DNA of 63,633 nucleotides from Planctomycetota bacterium (lineage in GTDB: Bacteria; Planctomycetota; MHYJ01; JACQXL01). The notes beneath the pieces were generated by a model. That model had not been told where the DNA came from. It saw only the letters and a list, made by a program, of their open reading frames with translations, and ran no database searches. Positions 9,301-18,098 of the stretch are shown one piece after another. The stretch lies in NCBI GenBank assembly GCA_040753835.1, contig JBFMDM010000001.1, positions 1-63,633 of the forward strand, in the 5' to 3' direction. The translations under genes and the position numbers were made by a program. Each line of letters begins with the position of its first letter. Positions within the stretch are counted from its first letter, which is position 1.

Positions 9301-11928
9301 TACCTGAACGGGCGGCTGGCCTATTATCTTTCAGGCCGGATAGAGGATAAGTTCACGGTTGTTTCGTCGCTTGATACCCGGCGCGCGCAGTCCCAGTCCA
9401 CGGGATTTCGGTACCTTGACCCGGATAAGTATTATACCGAATACGGCGATAATTCTTCGGTATCGTATGATGCCGCAAATGCGGCCGGCCCATTTTACCT
9501 GAGGATTGACTCGCTGCCCGGGGCGAACCTCGGGAAATCCAGTTTGTTATATGGTTCATATCAATCGGGGATTGACAAGACAGAACTGACGACGTATCAA
9601 AGGACGCTTTCAGGAGTGAAAATAGACGCCGCGCAGGTGCCGGTCTATGAAGACGAGCGCCTGAAGATAAAGGCGTCCGGCACGGTATTTGCCGCCCAGC
9701 CGGTTGATGCAGCGCAGGCGCCGGCCCATAACGAGTTCCGGGCCACCGGCGCTTCGGTGTATTACCTCAAAAACAGGGATATCCTGCAGGGCTCGGAGCG
9801 TATTGCCGTAGAAACGCGCGACAGGGTCACCAACCTTGCGTTTTCCACCAGGCAACTGCTCCGCGACAGCGATTACGAAATAGATTATTCCAACGGACGC
9901 ATTATCTTCAGAGCGCCGCCTTCAATGGTTGATACTTCGGCATATATTACCTCCAATAATATTCTCGGCGGCAATCCGGTTTACGTTGTGGTTGATTATG
10001 AATACGCGCCGGCCGGAGCGCGAGGGATTAATGACGGCCCTTACGGCGGCCGGCTCTCGGGCGAGTTGTCGGACGAGCGGGATAATAAAATCCAGTTGGG
10101 CGGGACATATATCGCGGAAAAGGACGACAGTGACTACGAACTAAAAGGTCTTGATTTCACCCTGAACGAGCCGGCGACGTTTATTATTCCGATGAGATTA
10201 TCCTTGGCTGCCGAATACGCCGAGTCAACATCCCGGGGCATAGACGGATATATCTCCTCAAACGGCGGGTTGGGTTTTAATGCCATCACCGGCACCAATT
10301 CCAGCGACGGGGTCGCGTATAAAATCAAGGGCGGGATAAAAACGTCCGAACAGTTTGGGATTGATTCGTATTACCAAAAGGTGGAGCCCGGATTTATTTC
10401 GGCTTCGTCATACAACAACCAGGGTTCGTTGCGCTACGGCTATCTAATATCTATCAAAGGTGATACTGCTTCGCGGTGTGGCGGCTACGACCCTCCCACG
10501 ATTGCTATAAATCTCCGTTATGATAACCAGGAGTTATTGAGGAACTCCAATATTATTTCGCAGGGCAATATCGGCGCGGAGCGCACCGAGACCGGCGCTC
10601 TGCAGGTAATTTACCGCAGCGATAAATGGACCATTACCAACGAATACCGTTATCAAGAGGCGACCAACCTGATTGGCGGTGTTAAGGCCGAGACCAACGA
10701 GGACCTGGCGCTCGGCGCGCTCAAGGTTGATTATGCGGTTACGCCGAGGAGCAATGTCTATGCAATCCAGCAGGCGGCCCTGAAGGGCGATGCCAATTCG
10801 CAGACCACCCTGGGTGCGACGTTCGGCCTGTGGGAAAAGACCGCGGTCGTGCTCCAGGCCACCTCCGGTACAAATGGTAATGCATTCCTGATAGGCGTGA
10901 ATAACAGGGTGTCAGACAAGACCGAGACGTTTTCCAATGTCAGCATCAGCGATGATAATTCATTGGACACGTTACAGGTCTCCAACGGTGCCTCGTACCA
11001 GTTGACGCCAACAACGCGCCTTAATGCACAGCAGGATTATTCAACCAGGAAGAACCAGTCAACAGATGCCACCCAACGTTCAACCGCCGCTTCGGTGGGT
11101 CAGGAAACCAAACTTTCAGACCGGTGGCGGTTCTGGGCGACCGCCCAGCAGGGTATTGTCAATGAATATAACGGCGCAACTAATATAGAAACCGTCAGGG
11201 AATCCGGCTGGCTCCGGTTCAGGTATGCGGATAATGACAATACCGTGTTTGACACCAAGATTGAAGCCAGGTTTGACGAGGGCGACGTGGACAAGCGCCA
11301 GTACCTAACCGCCAACAGTTTCAGGCATAAGATAACCGAGGACATTACGGTTTCTTTGCGGGATAATTATTCCCGGACCGAGAATCGGACTACCGATACG
11401 AACGAGGCGCTTTTTAACGAAGCCGGTTTGGGCCTGGCCCTGCGGCCGGTCAAATGGGACCGGTGGCACCTGTTGGCTAAATACACCTATCTTAAGAATA
11501 TCTATCCGTCCGCCCAGACCGACGCCACGGTGGGCACAACAAGGACGTTATCTAATATTTATGCCATAGAAACCGCCTATGACATCTCTAAATATCTGCA
11601 ACTGGTGAAGAAATACGCCCTGAAGGATATGAAAGAAACCGTGGCCGGCTATGACGAGACCGAGAATGAGGTTACGCTCTGGATTAACCGCATCAACTAC
11701 AACGTCATCAAGCAGTGGTATGCCGGCGTGGAATACCGCATCCTCAGGCAGACATTAGGCGAGGACAAAAAGAGCGGATTCCTGGTTGAGGTGACGCACC
11801 GGGCCTCGGAGAATATCCATTTAGGCGTGGGTTATAACTTCACTGATTTTTCTGACGACCTCAGGCAAAACAACAGTTATTCCAGCAACGGATTCTTTGT
11901 CAGGATTAATACGGCGTTCGGGTTTTAA
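6400..11928 (+). CDS. Giant (1842 aa) surface protein: PKD-like domain, ~9 PQQ/beta-propeller repeats, DUF11-type repeat, SdrD/Cna-B-like domain, large C-terminal OM beta-barrel
   Basis: N-terminal hydrophobic signal. Repeats of the form DGT(V/I)Y(V/I)GS.D..LYA(L/I)NP..G..KW. The motifs TIGEVVTYKIVITNQGPD and GKVFWDKNANGVQDKGE are present. The C-terminus ...GFFVRINTAFGF ends in Phe, as in OMPs. Confidence 0.85.
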   Translation: MRYKFSILFILFFIWLAPLFLYPEDNPEDEDKITPAPAEVIFDEDLPADLGKLIEVVYRWKEPQSSVDEIVYKRLIKVQGARLGCYYYAMYARCKDNILVGKTAAPDPTGSLRDTWTPERVLMGGEDISLAVYKGVIETLASPGARSAEAETRREAGGGKSAEYRIIYYQQTPYGLLRLGEIRRHTDEFVPDMRFVKCIASEVGKDTPPTLWHIGALVSGSLALFDYFNPKEEAKNHAPVADFRTIPATGTINTVFYFDAGVSTDADSPIGDLLVRWNLNGDSDWDNVFTFDKITSTSFGAPGTYNIVAQVRDKEGAFSTITKTVTAIAVGPGPGSTPHPMFRNTVTHTGVSPYNGPVVTTTKWTVTTGERIEAAPSIASDGTVYVGSYDGALYAILPATGVVSWTSPLAGPVHSSAAIATDGTVYVAADTRLYALNPANGNPYWSYSTGGLVRSSPVIDSDGTVYIGSLDNNLYAVNPDGSFKWSYATGGQIWSSPAIGPDGTIYVGSLDNGIYAINQNSTFKWKYTTGGGIYSSPAVDNSNVVYAGSLDGSFYALNPDGTLKWSIPAGGQVWSSAALSGTAVYFGSDSGTLYCRNVSNGTPQWSYPAGNRIRSSPTVDASGRIYFGADDGKLYGLDSSGADLSNWPIDLSGAITPIRSSVAIANAVTPTLYVGSYDKKIYAIGAAALDPADLVIQKTANKQQVTIGEVVTYKIVITNQGPDPTNGTPTAIIDAIPAGFKYLKGSTRLSGAVQPDPSGSDILTFDVGHFTPGSSKALTYQLVVGSGVREGRYVNRVYAVYYYDQPPLTEGRSGIARSEVWVVPDPLFDLGTIIGKVFWDKNANGVQDKGEGGYGVAQIIMEDGTIITADRNGGYHIPGVKPGTHLLHLMDISAHWITTDNPCLVRVTPGLLVKTNFGIHPVDKPLDSFVPPLKDMTFVLLGEGEVSSIYANGSNADKQDKSVRDGNYLNGRLAYYLSGRIEDKFTVVSSLDTRRAQSQSTGFRYLDPDKYYTEYGDNSSVSYDAANAAGPFYLRIDSLPGANLGKSSLLYGSYQSGIDKTELTTYQRTLSGVKIDAAQVPVYEDERLKIKASGTVFAAQPVDAAQAPAHNEFRATGASVYYLKNRDILQGSERIAVETRDRVTNLAFSTRQLLRDSDYEIDYSNGRIIFRAPPSMVDTSAYITSNNILGGNPVYVVVDYEYAPAGARGINDGPYGGRLSGELSDERDNKIQLGGTYIAEKDDSDYELKGLDFTLNEPATFIIPMRLSLAAEYAESTSRGIDGYISSNGGLGFNAITGTNSSDGVAYKIKGGIKTSEQFGIDSYYQKVEPGFISASSYNNQGSLRYGYLISIKGDTASRCGGYDPPTIAINLRYDNQELLRNSNIISQGNIGAERTETGALQVIYRSDKWTITNEYRYQEATNLIGGVKAETNEDLALGALKVDYAVTPRSNVYAIQQAALKGDANSQTTLGATFGLWEKTAVVLQATSGTNGNAFLIGVNNRVSDKTETFSNVSISDDNSLDTLQVSNGASYQLTPTTRLNAQQDYSTRKNQSTDATQRSTAASVGQETKLSDRWRFWATAQQGIVNEYNGATNIETVRESGWLRFRYADNDNTVFDTKIEARFDEGDVDKRQYLTANSFRHKITEDITVSLRDNYSRTENRTTDTNEALFNEAGLGLALRPVKWDRWHLLAKYTYLKNIYPSAQTDATVGTTRTLSNIYAIETAYDISKYLQLVKKYALKDMKETVAGYDETENEVTLWINRINYNVIKQWYAGVEYRILRQTLGEDKKSGFLVEVTHRASENIHLGVGYNFTDFSDDLRQNNSYSSNGFFVRINTAFGF

Positions 11929-12023
11929 CCCCGCACATAAGATTTATTAAGCGTTTATAACGGCTGATAAATACTTGATTCAAACCATCTGCATAATTGG
12001 TTATACAAATATTATGTGCGGGG
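11929..12023. mobile_element. 95-bp CACATAA-MITE copy
   Basis: Termini are ccccgcacataa (11929-11940) and ttatgtgcgggg (12012-12023). The interior is nearly identical to 21483-21577. Confidence 0.85.
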
Positions 12024-12111
12024 TTTTCCTGTTATTATATTTGACCTTTATTGATATTTGTTTATACCTATAACAACAGGCAGATAAACAACTTTAACGA
12101 AAGGAGTTTTT

Positions 12112-12756
12112 ATGGCAGAAACGCCGCAAACCGCGGCTCCGGACCAGCAGGCAGTGCCGGCGCCCCAGCCAGAGGTTATCGCCTGCTACGGGCTCGCCTG
12201 GAAGCAATTGTGGAAGAACTTCCCGATGCTTCTCCTGATTGTGGTCATCTATTCGGCAATGGCATCCCTTAACGCCCTTCCCTTTTGCATCGGTTTTGTC
12301 TACAGCGTTCTGGTCGGCTGGCCGATGGTCTACGGCCTTATGCAGGTTAATCTCAAGGCCGCCCGGGGCGAGAATCTGGAGGTCGGTGACCTCTTTGCCG
12401 GATTTAAGAACTACGGCAATGTTCTGCTGGCCATGCTGTTGACAAGTTTAATAATATGCGGAGGCCTTCTCCTGCTGATAGTTCCGGGCGTTATATTCGC
12501 CTGCAAACTCGCCTTTGTCCCATTCCTGGTAATGGACCAGAAAAAGGATGCGATCGAGGCAATCAAGCAGAGTTGGAATATGACCGGCGGATACTCAATG
12601 AAGATATTTCTGTTGTATCTGCTGGGTGTTCCGATTGCCATAGCCGGATTGATTGCCCTTTGCGTCGGAATTATACCGGCCTCAATGTGGATAAGTTTGG
12701 CCGTGGCGGTAATGTATTATGCGGTGGTAAGTGCGGGCAATAAAACCGCGGCGTAA
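12112..12756 (+). CDS. Integral membrane protein (4-5 TM), family not recognised
   Basis: SD AAAGGAG upstream of the ATG and several long hydrophobic segments. Confidence 0.6.
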   Translation: MAETPQTAAPDQQAVPAPQPEVIACYGLAWKQLWKNFPMLLLIVVIYSAMASLNALPFCIGFVYSVLVGWPMVYGLMQVNLKAARGENLEVGDLFAGFKNYGNVLLAMLLTSLIICGGLLLLIVPGVIFACKLAFVPFLVMDQKKDAIEAIKQSWNMTGGYSMKIFLLYLLGVPIAIAGLIALCVGIIPASMWISLAVAVMYYAVVSAGNKTAA

Positions 12757-12993
12757 TTAATACTTTGAGTCAGACGGGCTTGATTTTGAGGACAGGTCCT
12801 TAATTATCTGAAGCGCCTTGTCCACATCGGGTTCCCTGACCTGTAATTCAATCCGGTCTTCCCCAACGCCAAGTCTGCTAAGATATTGGTTTTGAATGAA
12901 GCATTCTATTTCCGCTTTCTCAAGATGCATTTTGAACACATGTGCTTCCAAGGAAGCGCCAAACGTAACCACAGTAACCAGTTTTTCTGACAT
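12757..12993 (-). CDS. Small DUF2007-like (putative signal-transducing, PII-like fold) protein
   Basis: 78 aa with the beta-alpha-beta pattern LVTVVTF..SLEAHVFKMHLEKAEIECFIQN... Confidence 0.5.
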   Translation of the reverse strand: MSEKLVTVVTFGASLEAHVFKMHLEKAEIECFIQNQYLSRLGVGEDRIELQVREPDVDKALQIIKDLSSKSSPSDSKY

Positions 12994-12998
12994 CTAGT

Positions 12999-14219
12999 TT
13001 ATTGCGCTGTGGAATAGGCGTCCAGCGCCAGTTGTTTGGGCGAATATCTCCGCCATTGGGCCGAGGCGCGGTATTTGGCATAGGCCATTGCTCCGACCAT
13101 CACCGCATTATCCGTGCAGTGTCTTCCGGCCGGCAGGAAGAGTTTGATATTATTTTCTTTTGCTGCCGCCTGGAATCTTTCCCTCAAACGGCCGTTGCAG
13201 GCCACGCCGCCGCCCAGGACAATCGCACTGCATTTTTTAATCTTTGCGGCCTGGAACGTCTTTTGAACCAGTGTATCCACAACTGCTTCCTGGAACGAGG
13301 CGCAGATATCAGGGATATTCAGCCCTTTCTTGAGCGGGGTCCTGGCCGAAGCGTTCTGGCCCTTGCAATGATACAGCGCCGCGGTCTTCAGGCCGCTGAA
13401 ACTAAAGCCCAGCCCGCCCGTACGACCGTACGGTCGGGCGGGCGAACCCTCTGACGCAATGCCTCTGGGGAATTTAATCGCGCTGGGGTTGCCCTTGCGG
13501 GCAATTTGTTCTATTATCGGCCCGCCCGGATAACCCAATCCTAATATTTTGGCTACCTTATCAAACGACTCTCCAGCCGCATCATCGCGCGTTCTGCCGA
13601 CGGTGCGATAATCTGCGGGCGATTTCACATAGAACAAACTGGTATGCCCACCCGAAACTACAAGACCTATATACGGATAAATTAGTTCTTCGGTCAAATT
13701 GTTCACATAAAGATGCGCCTCAATATGGTTGATTGGTATCAACGGCTTATCCAGGAGCCAGGCCAGGGTCTTGGCAACCGAGACGCCCACAAGCAGCGCG
13801 CCAATCAATCCGGGCCGGTTGGTTACAGCCACAGCCGAGATGTCTTTTAACTCAAGATGCGCTCCGCTCCACTCAACTGGGGCGAGAGCGTCCCGCTTCA
13901 GCGGATGAGTGCGGGGCGCGTCTTTCAGCGCCTTTATTAATATTGGCAGTATGGATTCAATATGCGCCCGGCAGGCAATCTCAGGCACCACGCCGCCGTA
14001 TACGCTGTGCAGGTCAATCTGGGACAGGACCACATTCGCCAGGATTTCTTTACCGTTGCGGATAATACTTACTGCCGTCTCGTCGCACGAGGTCTCAATG
14101 CCCAGGCAGACAAACCCAGCCCCTGCGCGCGAAGCCGCAGCAAAGTTCCGATTATTTCGGGGCAGGGGCTGGGCAAAAGGTTTGGTTTTATTCGCGCGAT
14201 TGGTTTTGATTCGCACCAT
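12999..14219 (-). CDS. tsaD: tRNA N6-adenosine threonylcarbamoyltransferase TsaD (start uncertain; ~40-aa N-terminal extension in the ORF)
   Basis: Motifs LGIETSCDETAVS, GGVVPEIACRAH, VSGGHT and FSFSGLKT. It carries an in-frame palindrome at 13413-13442. Confidence 0.9.
   Translation of the reverse strand: MVRIKTNRANKTKPFAQPLPRNNRNFAAASRAGAGFVCLGIETSCDETAVSIIRNGKEILANVVLSQIDLHSVYGGVVPEIACRAHIESILPILIKALKDAPRTHPLKRDALAPVEWSGAHLELKDISAVAVTNRPGLIGALLVGVSVAKTLAWLLDKPLIPINHIEAHLYVNNLTEELIYPYIGLVVSGGHTSLFYVKSPADYRTVGRTRDDAAGESFDKVAKILGLGYPGGPIIEQIARKGNPSAIKFPRGIASEGSPARPYGRTGGLGFSFSGLKTAALYHCKGQNASARTPLKKGLNIPDICASFQEAVVDTLVQKTFQAAKIKKCSAIVLGGGVACNGRLRERFQAAAKENNIKLFLPAGRHCTDNAVMVGAMAYAKYRASAQWRRYSPKQLALDAYSTAQ
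13413..13442. repeat. In-frame GC-rich palindrome inside tsaD
   Basis: cccgcccgtacgaccgtacggtcgggcggg is read on the minus strand as SPARPYGRTGG, just before the conserved FSFSGLKT. Confidence 0.8.
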
Positions 14220-14228
14220 TCGTGTTTA

Positions 14229-15539
14229 CTATTTGCCCTCTCGCAGGAATTTAATGGCCCGCTCCAACTGGATATCCACAAATTCGCCGGTTTCCTCTTC
14301 GGTCTCATCCGGGGCCCTTGAAGCGGGATTGAGCCGCGTCTTAAGCAATTGCGTTTCTTCCTGGGGTGACATCTCCACGATGATATCCGGCTCCAGACCG
14401 AAGTCCTTGACGCTTTTGTCGCGTTCCAGACACCGGCCCGAAGGCGTATAATACCGGGCCGTGGTCAGTTTCACCGCGCCGGTGACGTTTTTCTTGGCGT
14501 CGCGGATGGTAAATACGGACTGGACCGAGCCCTTGCCGTAGGTATGCGAGCCAATTAAGGTGGCCCGGTGATGGTCCTTCAGCGCTCCGGCCAGAATCTC
14601 CGAGGCCGAGGCCGAAGAGCCGTTAATCAGAACCACTATAGCCGTTGCGGTAATGGCCTTGTCGCCCGAGTCGGCCTTGATTTCCTCGTTTATTGTCTTG
14701 CCTCTGAGCGAAACCAGGACGCCGGACGGGATAAAGCGGTTTGATATGTTAAGAGCCGCATCCATCAACCCGCCGCCGTTAAAACGTAGGTCGATAATCA
14801 GCGACTTCATCTGCTGGTTCTGCAGTTTCTCCAGCGCCTGGTTGAAGAGTTCCGCAGTATCCTCCTGGAAAGCGGTGATTCTAAGGTAACCGATATGCGC
14901 TTTGCGGTCAATAATCCTTGCGTCTTTGACGCTTTTCATATTGATGATTTCCCTCACCAGCGTGATGTCCTCGGTGGTCTCCGCGTTCTTATGCAGGATT
15001 TTCAGGGTGACCGTGGTGCCGGGATTGCCCCGGACCTTTTTGGAGCAGTCCGAGACGGACAGGCCTTCGGTCGTCTCGCCGTTGATTTCCAGAATCTTGT
15101 CGCCTGGCAGAAGCCCGGCCCTGAAGGCCGGCGTGTCCTCAAACGGCGCGATGACCGTGATAATCCCGTCTTCCAACGCAATTTCCACGCCGATGCCGCC
15201 GTATTCGCCCTTGGTGGACGAGACAAAATCGTTGTATTCGTCCGCATTCATATACTGGCTGTAGGGGTCAAGCCCGCCGACCATTCCTTTAATGGCGTTT
15301 TCAAAGGCCTGGTTCTCGTTCGGCTCAACCACGAAATTATCTCTGATAAGTTGGTAGATGTTTCCGATGTCTTGGAGGTTTCTTTTGGTGTCCGTGGCGT
15401 TTAAGGTAGTTGCGGCCGGAGCTGCGCGAAGATAAAAACTTCTGCCGTCCAGAATGGTCTTGCCGACCAGGAAGGTTATGGCCAGCAGGACGACGAGGAT
15501 TACGGCATTAAGCCCTTTTTGGTAACTGATAGATTTCAT
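14229..15539 (-). CDS. C-terminal processing peptidase, family S41 (with PDZ)
   Basis: SD AAGAGGAG, TM anchor, GGIGVEI and the PDZ motif GDKILEINGE. Catalytic region GSSASASEILAGALKD...GKGSVQ. Confidence 0.9.
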   Translation of the reverse strand: MKSISYQKGLNAVILVVLLAITFLVGKTILDGRSFYLRAAPAATTLNATDTKRNLQDIGNIYQLIRDNFVVEPNENQAFENAIKGMVGGLDPYSQYMNADEYNDFVSSTKGEYGGIGVEIALEDGIITVIAPFEDTPAFRAGLLPGDKILEINGETTEGLSVSDCSKKVRGNPGTTVTLKILHKNAETTEDITLVREIINMKSVKDARIIDRKAHIGYLRITAFQEDTAELFNQALEKLQNQQMKSLIIDLRFNGGGLMDAALNISNRFIPSGVLVSLRGKTINEEIKADSGDKAITATAIVVLINGSSASASEILAGALKDHHRATLIGSHTYGKGSVQSVFTIRDAKKNVTGAVKLTTARYYTPSGRCLERDKSVKDFGLEPDIIVEMSPQEETQLLKTRLNPASRAPDETEEETGEFVDIQLERAIKFLREGK

Positions 15540-15685
15540 TATAAAACTCCTCTTAGAGCCATCTTGAGCGCAGCGAATTACTGGCTCTTAGACCCCGCCA
15601 TATAGCGGGGTATTCCTTATAAATATCGTAAGCTGGTTTTGCTGATTTAGCAGATTAAATATGTCGGCTTAATCCGCCTTCTCCG

Positions 15686-17002
15686 CTAAATCTGCTTACT
15701 CAATTTTGTATTTATTGCCTGGGCCGCGACCATCACCGGCTCCCAGACATCGGTCACCGGCGGCGAATAACAGAAGTCGCCCTTTAAAATATCGGCTATT
15801 GTCATCTTATTCTGAATAGCCAGTGAAATCATATTCACCCGCAGGGCAGCGCCTGATTTACATAATACCTGCCCGCCGATAATCCGATTGCTGGCCTTAT
15901 CGGCAATGAGTTTGATATGCACGTCTGTTCCGCCCGGATAATAATACGGCAACGAAGGATATTTAATTAAAGCGCTGACCGGATTCCTGTATCCTGTATC
16001 CTGTATCCCATATTCTGTTACCCCCACGCTCCCGATTTCCATGTCCAATAACCTCAAGACCGAAGAGTAGAGTATAGATGGTCCGGTCTCGCTTTTGCCG
16101 GCCGCATTAGCGCCGGCCACCACGCCCTGCCGGGCCGCGATTGTGCCCAGGCCGATGGTTATGGGCTGGCCGGTCAGGTCCGAAACCGCCTCAGCGCAAT
16201 CGCCCACCGCATAAACATTCGGCAGATTGGTCTGGAGATTCTTATCAACCTTGATTCCGCCGGTCAGGCCAATAGTTACGCCTATGCCCTTGGCTAATTT
16301 CACCGAAGGCCGCACGCCCGTGGAGATGACTACCATTGAATTCTTGTATTCATTTAAGTCAGAAATGTTCTTGTCTTCAATCAGTTTTATTCCAGCGGCT
16401 TCCAAACGTTGCCGGACCATCTGGCTGATTTCCTTATCCAGCATACGCCAGAGCAGGTATCTCTGTTCAATGACCGTGACATCCAAACCCAGGTGCTTCA
16501 ATGCCTCAGCAACTTCCAGGCCAATAAAACTTGCTCCAACTATCACAACCGACCTAACGGTCTTAACTGACCTAACGATATTATTCGCATCATCAATCGT
16601 ACGTAAGACAAATACGTTTTGACCCCCGATTCCAGCGATGGGCGGTTTGGATGGTGTGGAGCCGGTGGCAAAAATCAGCGAGTCGTAATTAACCTTACCT
16701 GGTTCGTCTGACGTTATATTGCGATAAGTAATCTCGTGTTTCTGGTGATTTATCTCTGTAACCTCGGTTGAGAGTTTCTGGATGATTTTTTGTGAGGCGA
16801 AGACCTTGGGCTGAAAGACCACGAGGTTTTCTATCGGGTTGATTACGCCCTTGATGGCAAAGGGTAGTCCGCATCTGGAATAGGTGGAATGCGATTCCTT
16901 ATCAATGATGGTGATTTCGGCGGTTCTGTCGGTCTTTCGGGCCGAGAATGCGGCCGAGGCGCCGGCCGTCCCGCTCCCGATTATCACGATTCTCTTTGGC
17001 AT
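15686..17002 (-). CDS. FAD-dependent pyridine nucleotide-disulfide oxidoreductase (CoA-disulfide reductase/NADH oxidase family)
   Basis: IVIIGSGTAGASAA dinucleotide fold, single active-site Cys in YSRCGLPF, and a second Rossmann motif VVIVGASFIGLE. Confidence 0.8.
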   Translation of the reverse strand: MPKRIVIIGSGTAGASAAFSARKTDRTAEITIIDKESHSTYSRCGLPFAIKGVINPIENLVVFQPKVFASQKIIQKLSTEVTEINHQKHEITYRNITSDEPGKVNYDSLIFATGSTPSKPPIAGIGGQNVFVLRTIDDANNIVRSVKTVRSVVIVGASFIGLEVAEALKHLGLDVTVIEQRYLLWRMLDKEISQMVRQRLEAAGIKLIEDKNISDLNEYKNSMVVISTGVRPSVKLAKGIGVTIGLTGGIKVDKNLQTNLPNVYAVGDCAEAVSDLTGQPITIGLGTIAARQGVVAGANAAGKSETGPSILYSSVLRLLDMEIGSVGVTEYGIQDTGYRNPVSALIKYPSLPYYYPGGTDVHIKLIADKASNRIIGGQVLCKSGAALRVNMISLAIQNKMTIADILKGDFCYSPPVTDVWEPVMVAAQAINTKLSKQI

Positions 17003-17183
17003 AGGTCAATACTACCTCTGATAACCGCAGAAGGCAATAAATATGAGCATAAAATGAGAACACGAATTACATGAACGTAAACTAACAACGCGAATAAAAC
17101 AATCTATTAGTGTGATTCGTTTCTATTTGTCTTATTCGTGATAAAAATTTGGTGTCTTAGTGTCTTTGTGGCAAAGAATCTTC

Positions 17184-17212
17184 TTGACAGATAATAATCG
17201 CCTGTCTATAAT
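17184..17212 (+). promoter_or_regulatory. Consensus sigma70 promoter TTGACA-17 nt-TATAAT driving a probably leaderless mRNA
   Basis: TTGACA lies at 17184-17189 and TATAAT at 17207-17212. The ATG of the methyltransferase gene begins at 17220, 7 nt after the -10, with no SD. Confidence 0.6.
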
Positions 17213-17219
17213 ATTATGT

Positions 17220-18050
17220 ATGAAAAAGTCAGACATAAAAAAGATAGTCCGGCAAGGATATGCCCAGGTTGCCACAACCAACACCTCGTGTTGCCCGACC
17301 ACCTCGTCCTGTGGATGTGGTGCTCCATCGGGCCTGTCCATCAGCAAGGCAATCGGTTATTCGGATAAGGAGATTAAGTCCGTGCCCAAAGAGGCCAATC
17401 TCGGACTGGGCTGCGGCAACCCCATTGCCCTGGCGTCCCTGAAACCGGGCGAGACGGTCCTGGACCTGGGTTCGGGTCCGGGGCTGGACTGTTTCCTAGC
17501 CGCCAATAAGGTCGGCAAATACGGTAAGGTCATCGGCATAGACATGACGCCGGAGATGCTCGCCAAGGCGCGGGCTAATGCCCAAAAAGGCAACTACTCA
17601 AACGTGGAATTCCGTTTAGGCGAGATTGAGAAACTGCCCGTGAAGGATAATTCGGTGGACGTGATTATTTCCAACTGCGTGATTAACCTTTCCCCGGACA
17701 AACCCAAGGTGTTCAAAGAGGCGTTCCGGGTCTTGAAGCCGGGCGGGCGCCTGATGGTCTCGGACATTGTCCTGACCAAGCCGTTGCCTGATACGGTTGT
17801 CAAATCGGTCGGCGCCTATGTGGGCTGTTTAAGCGGCGCGGTATTGAAAAACGTCTATTTAGGCACGGTCAAGGAAGCCGGGTTTAAGAAGATAAAGGTC
17901 TTGGACCAGGCCCGGTATCCAATAAAGTATATGATGAACGACCCGACAGCCCAGGCCTTGGCCCAGACCATTAATCTATCCACCAAAACCGTGGCGGGTC
18001 TGATCGGCTCGGTAATCTCCATCAAGGTCGCGGCCGTCAAGACAGAATGA
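17220..18050 (+). CDS. arsM: Arsenite methyltransferase-like SAM-dependent methyltransferase
   Basis: Cys-rich N-terminus (SCCPTTSSCGCG), GLGCGNP, VLDLGSGPGLD, VIGIDMTPEML and VDVIISNCVINLSPDK. Confidence 0.75.
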   Translation: MKKSDIKKIVRQGYAQVATTNTSCCPTTSSCGCGAPSGLSISKAIGYSDKEIKSVPKEANLGLGCGNPIALASLKPGETVLDLGSGPGLDCFLAANKVGKYGKVIGIDMTPEMLAKARANAQKGNYSNVEFRLGEIEKLPVKDNSVDVIISNCVINLSPDKPKVFKEAFRVLKPGGRLMVSDIVLTKPLPDTVVKSVGAYVGCLSGAVLKNVYLGTVKEAGFKKIKVLDQARYPIKYMMNDPTAQALAQTINLSTKTVAGLIGSVISIKVAAVKTE

Positions 18051-18098
18051 TTCGTCAGAACATTTAATTTTCAGGCAGGCCGTATAGATTGGTAAACC

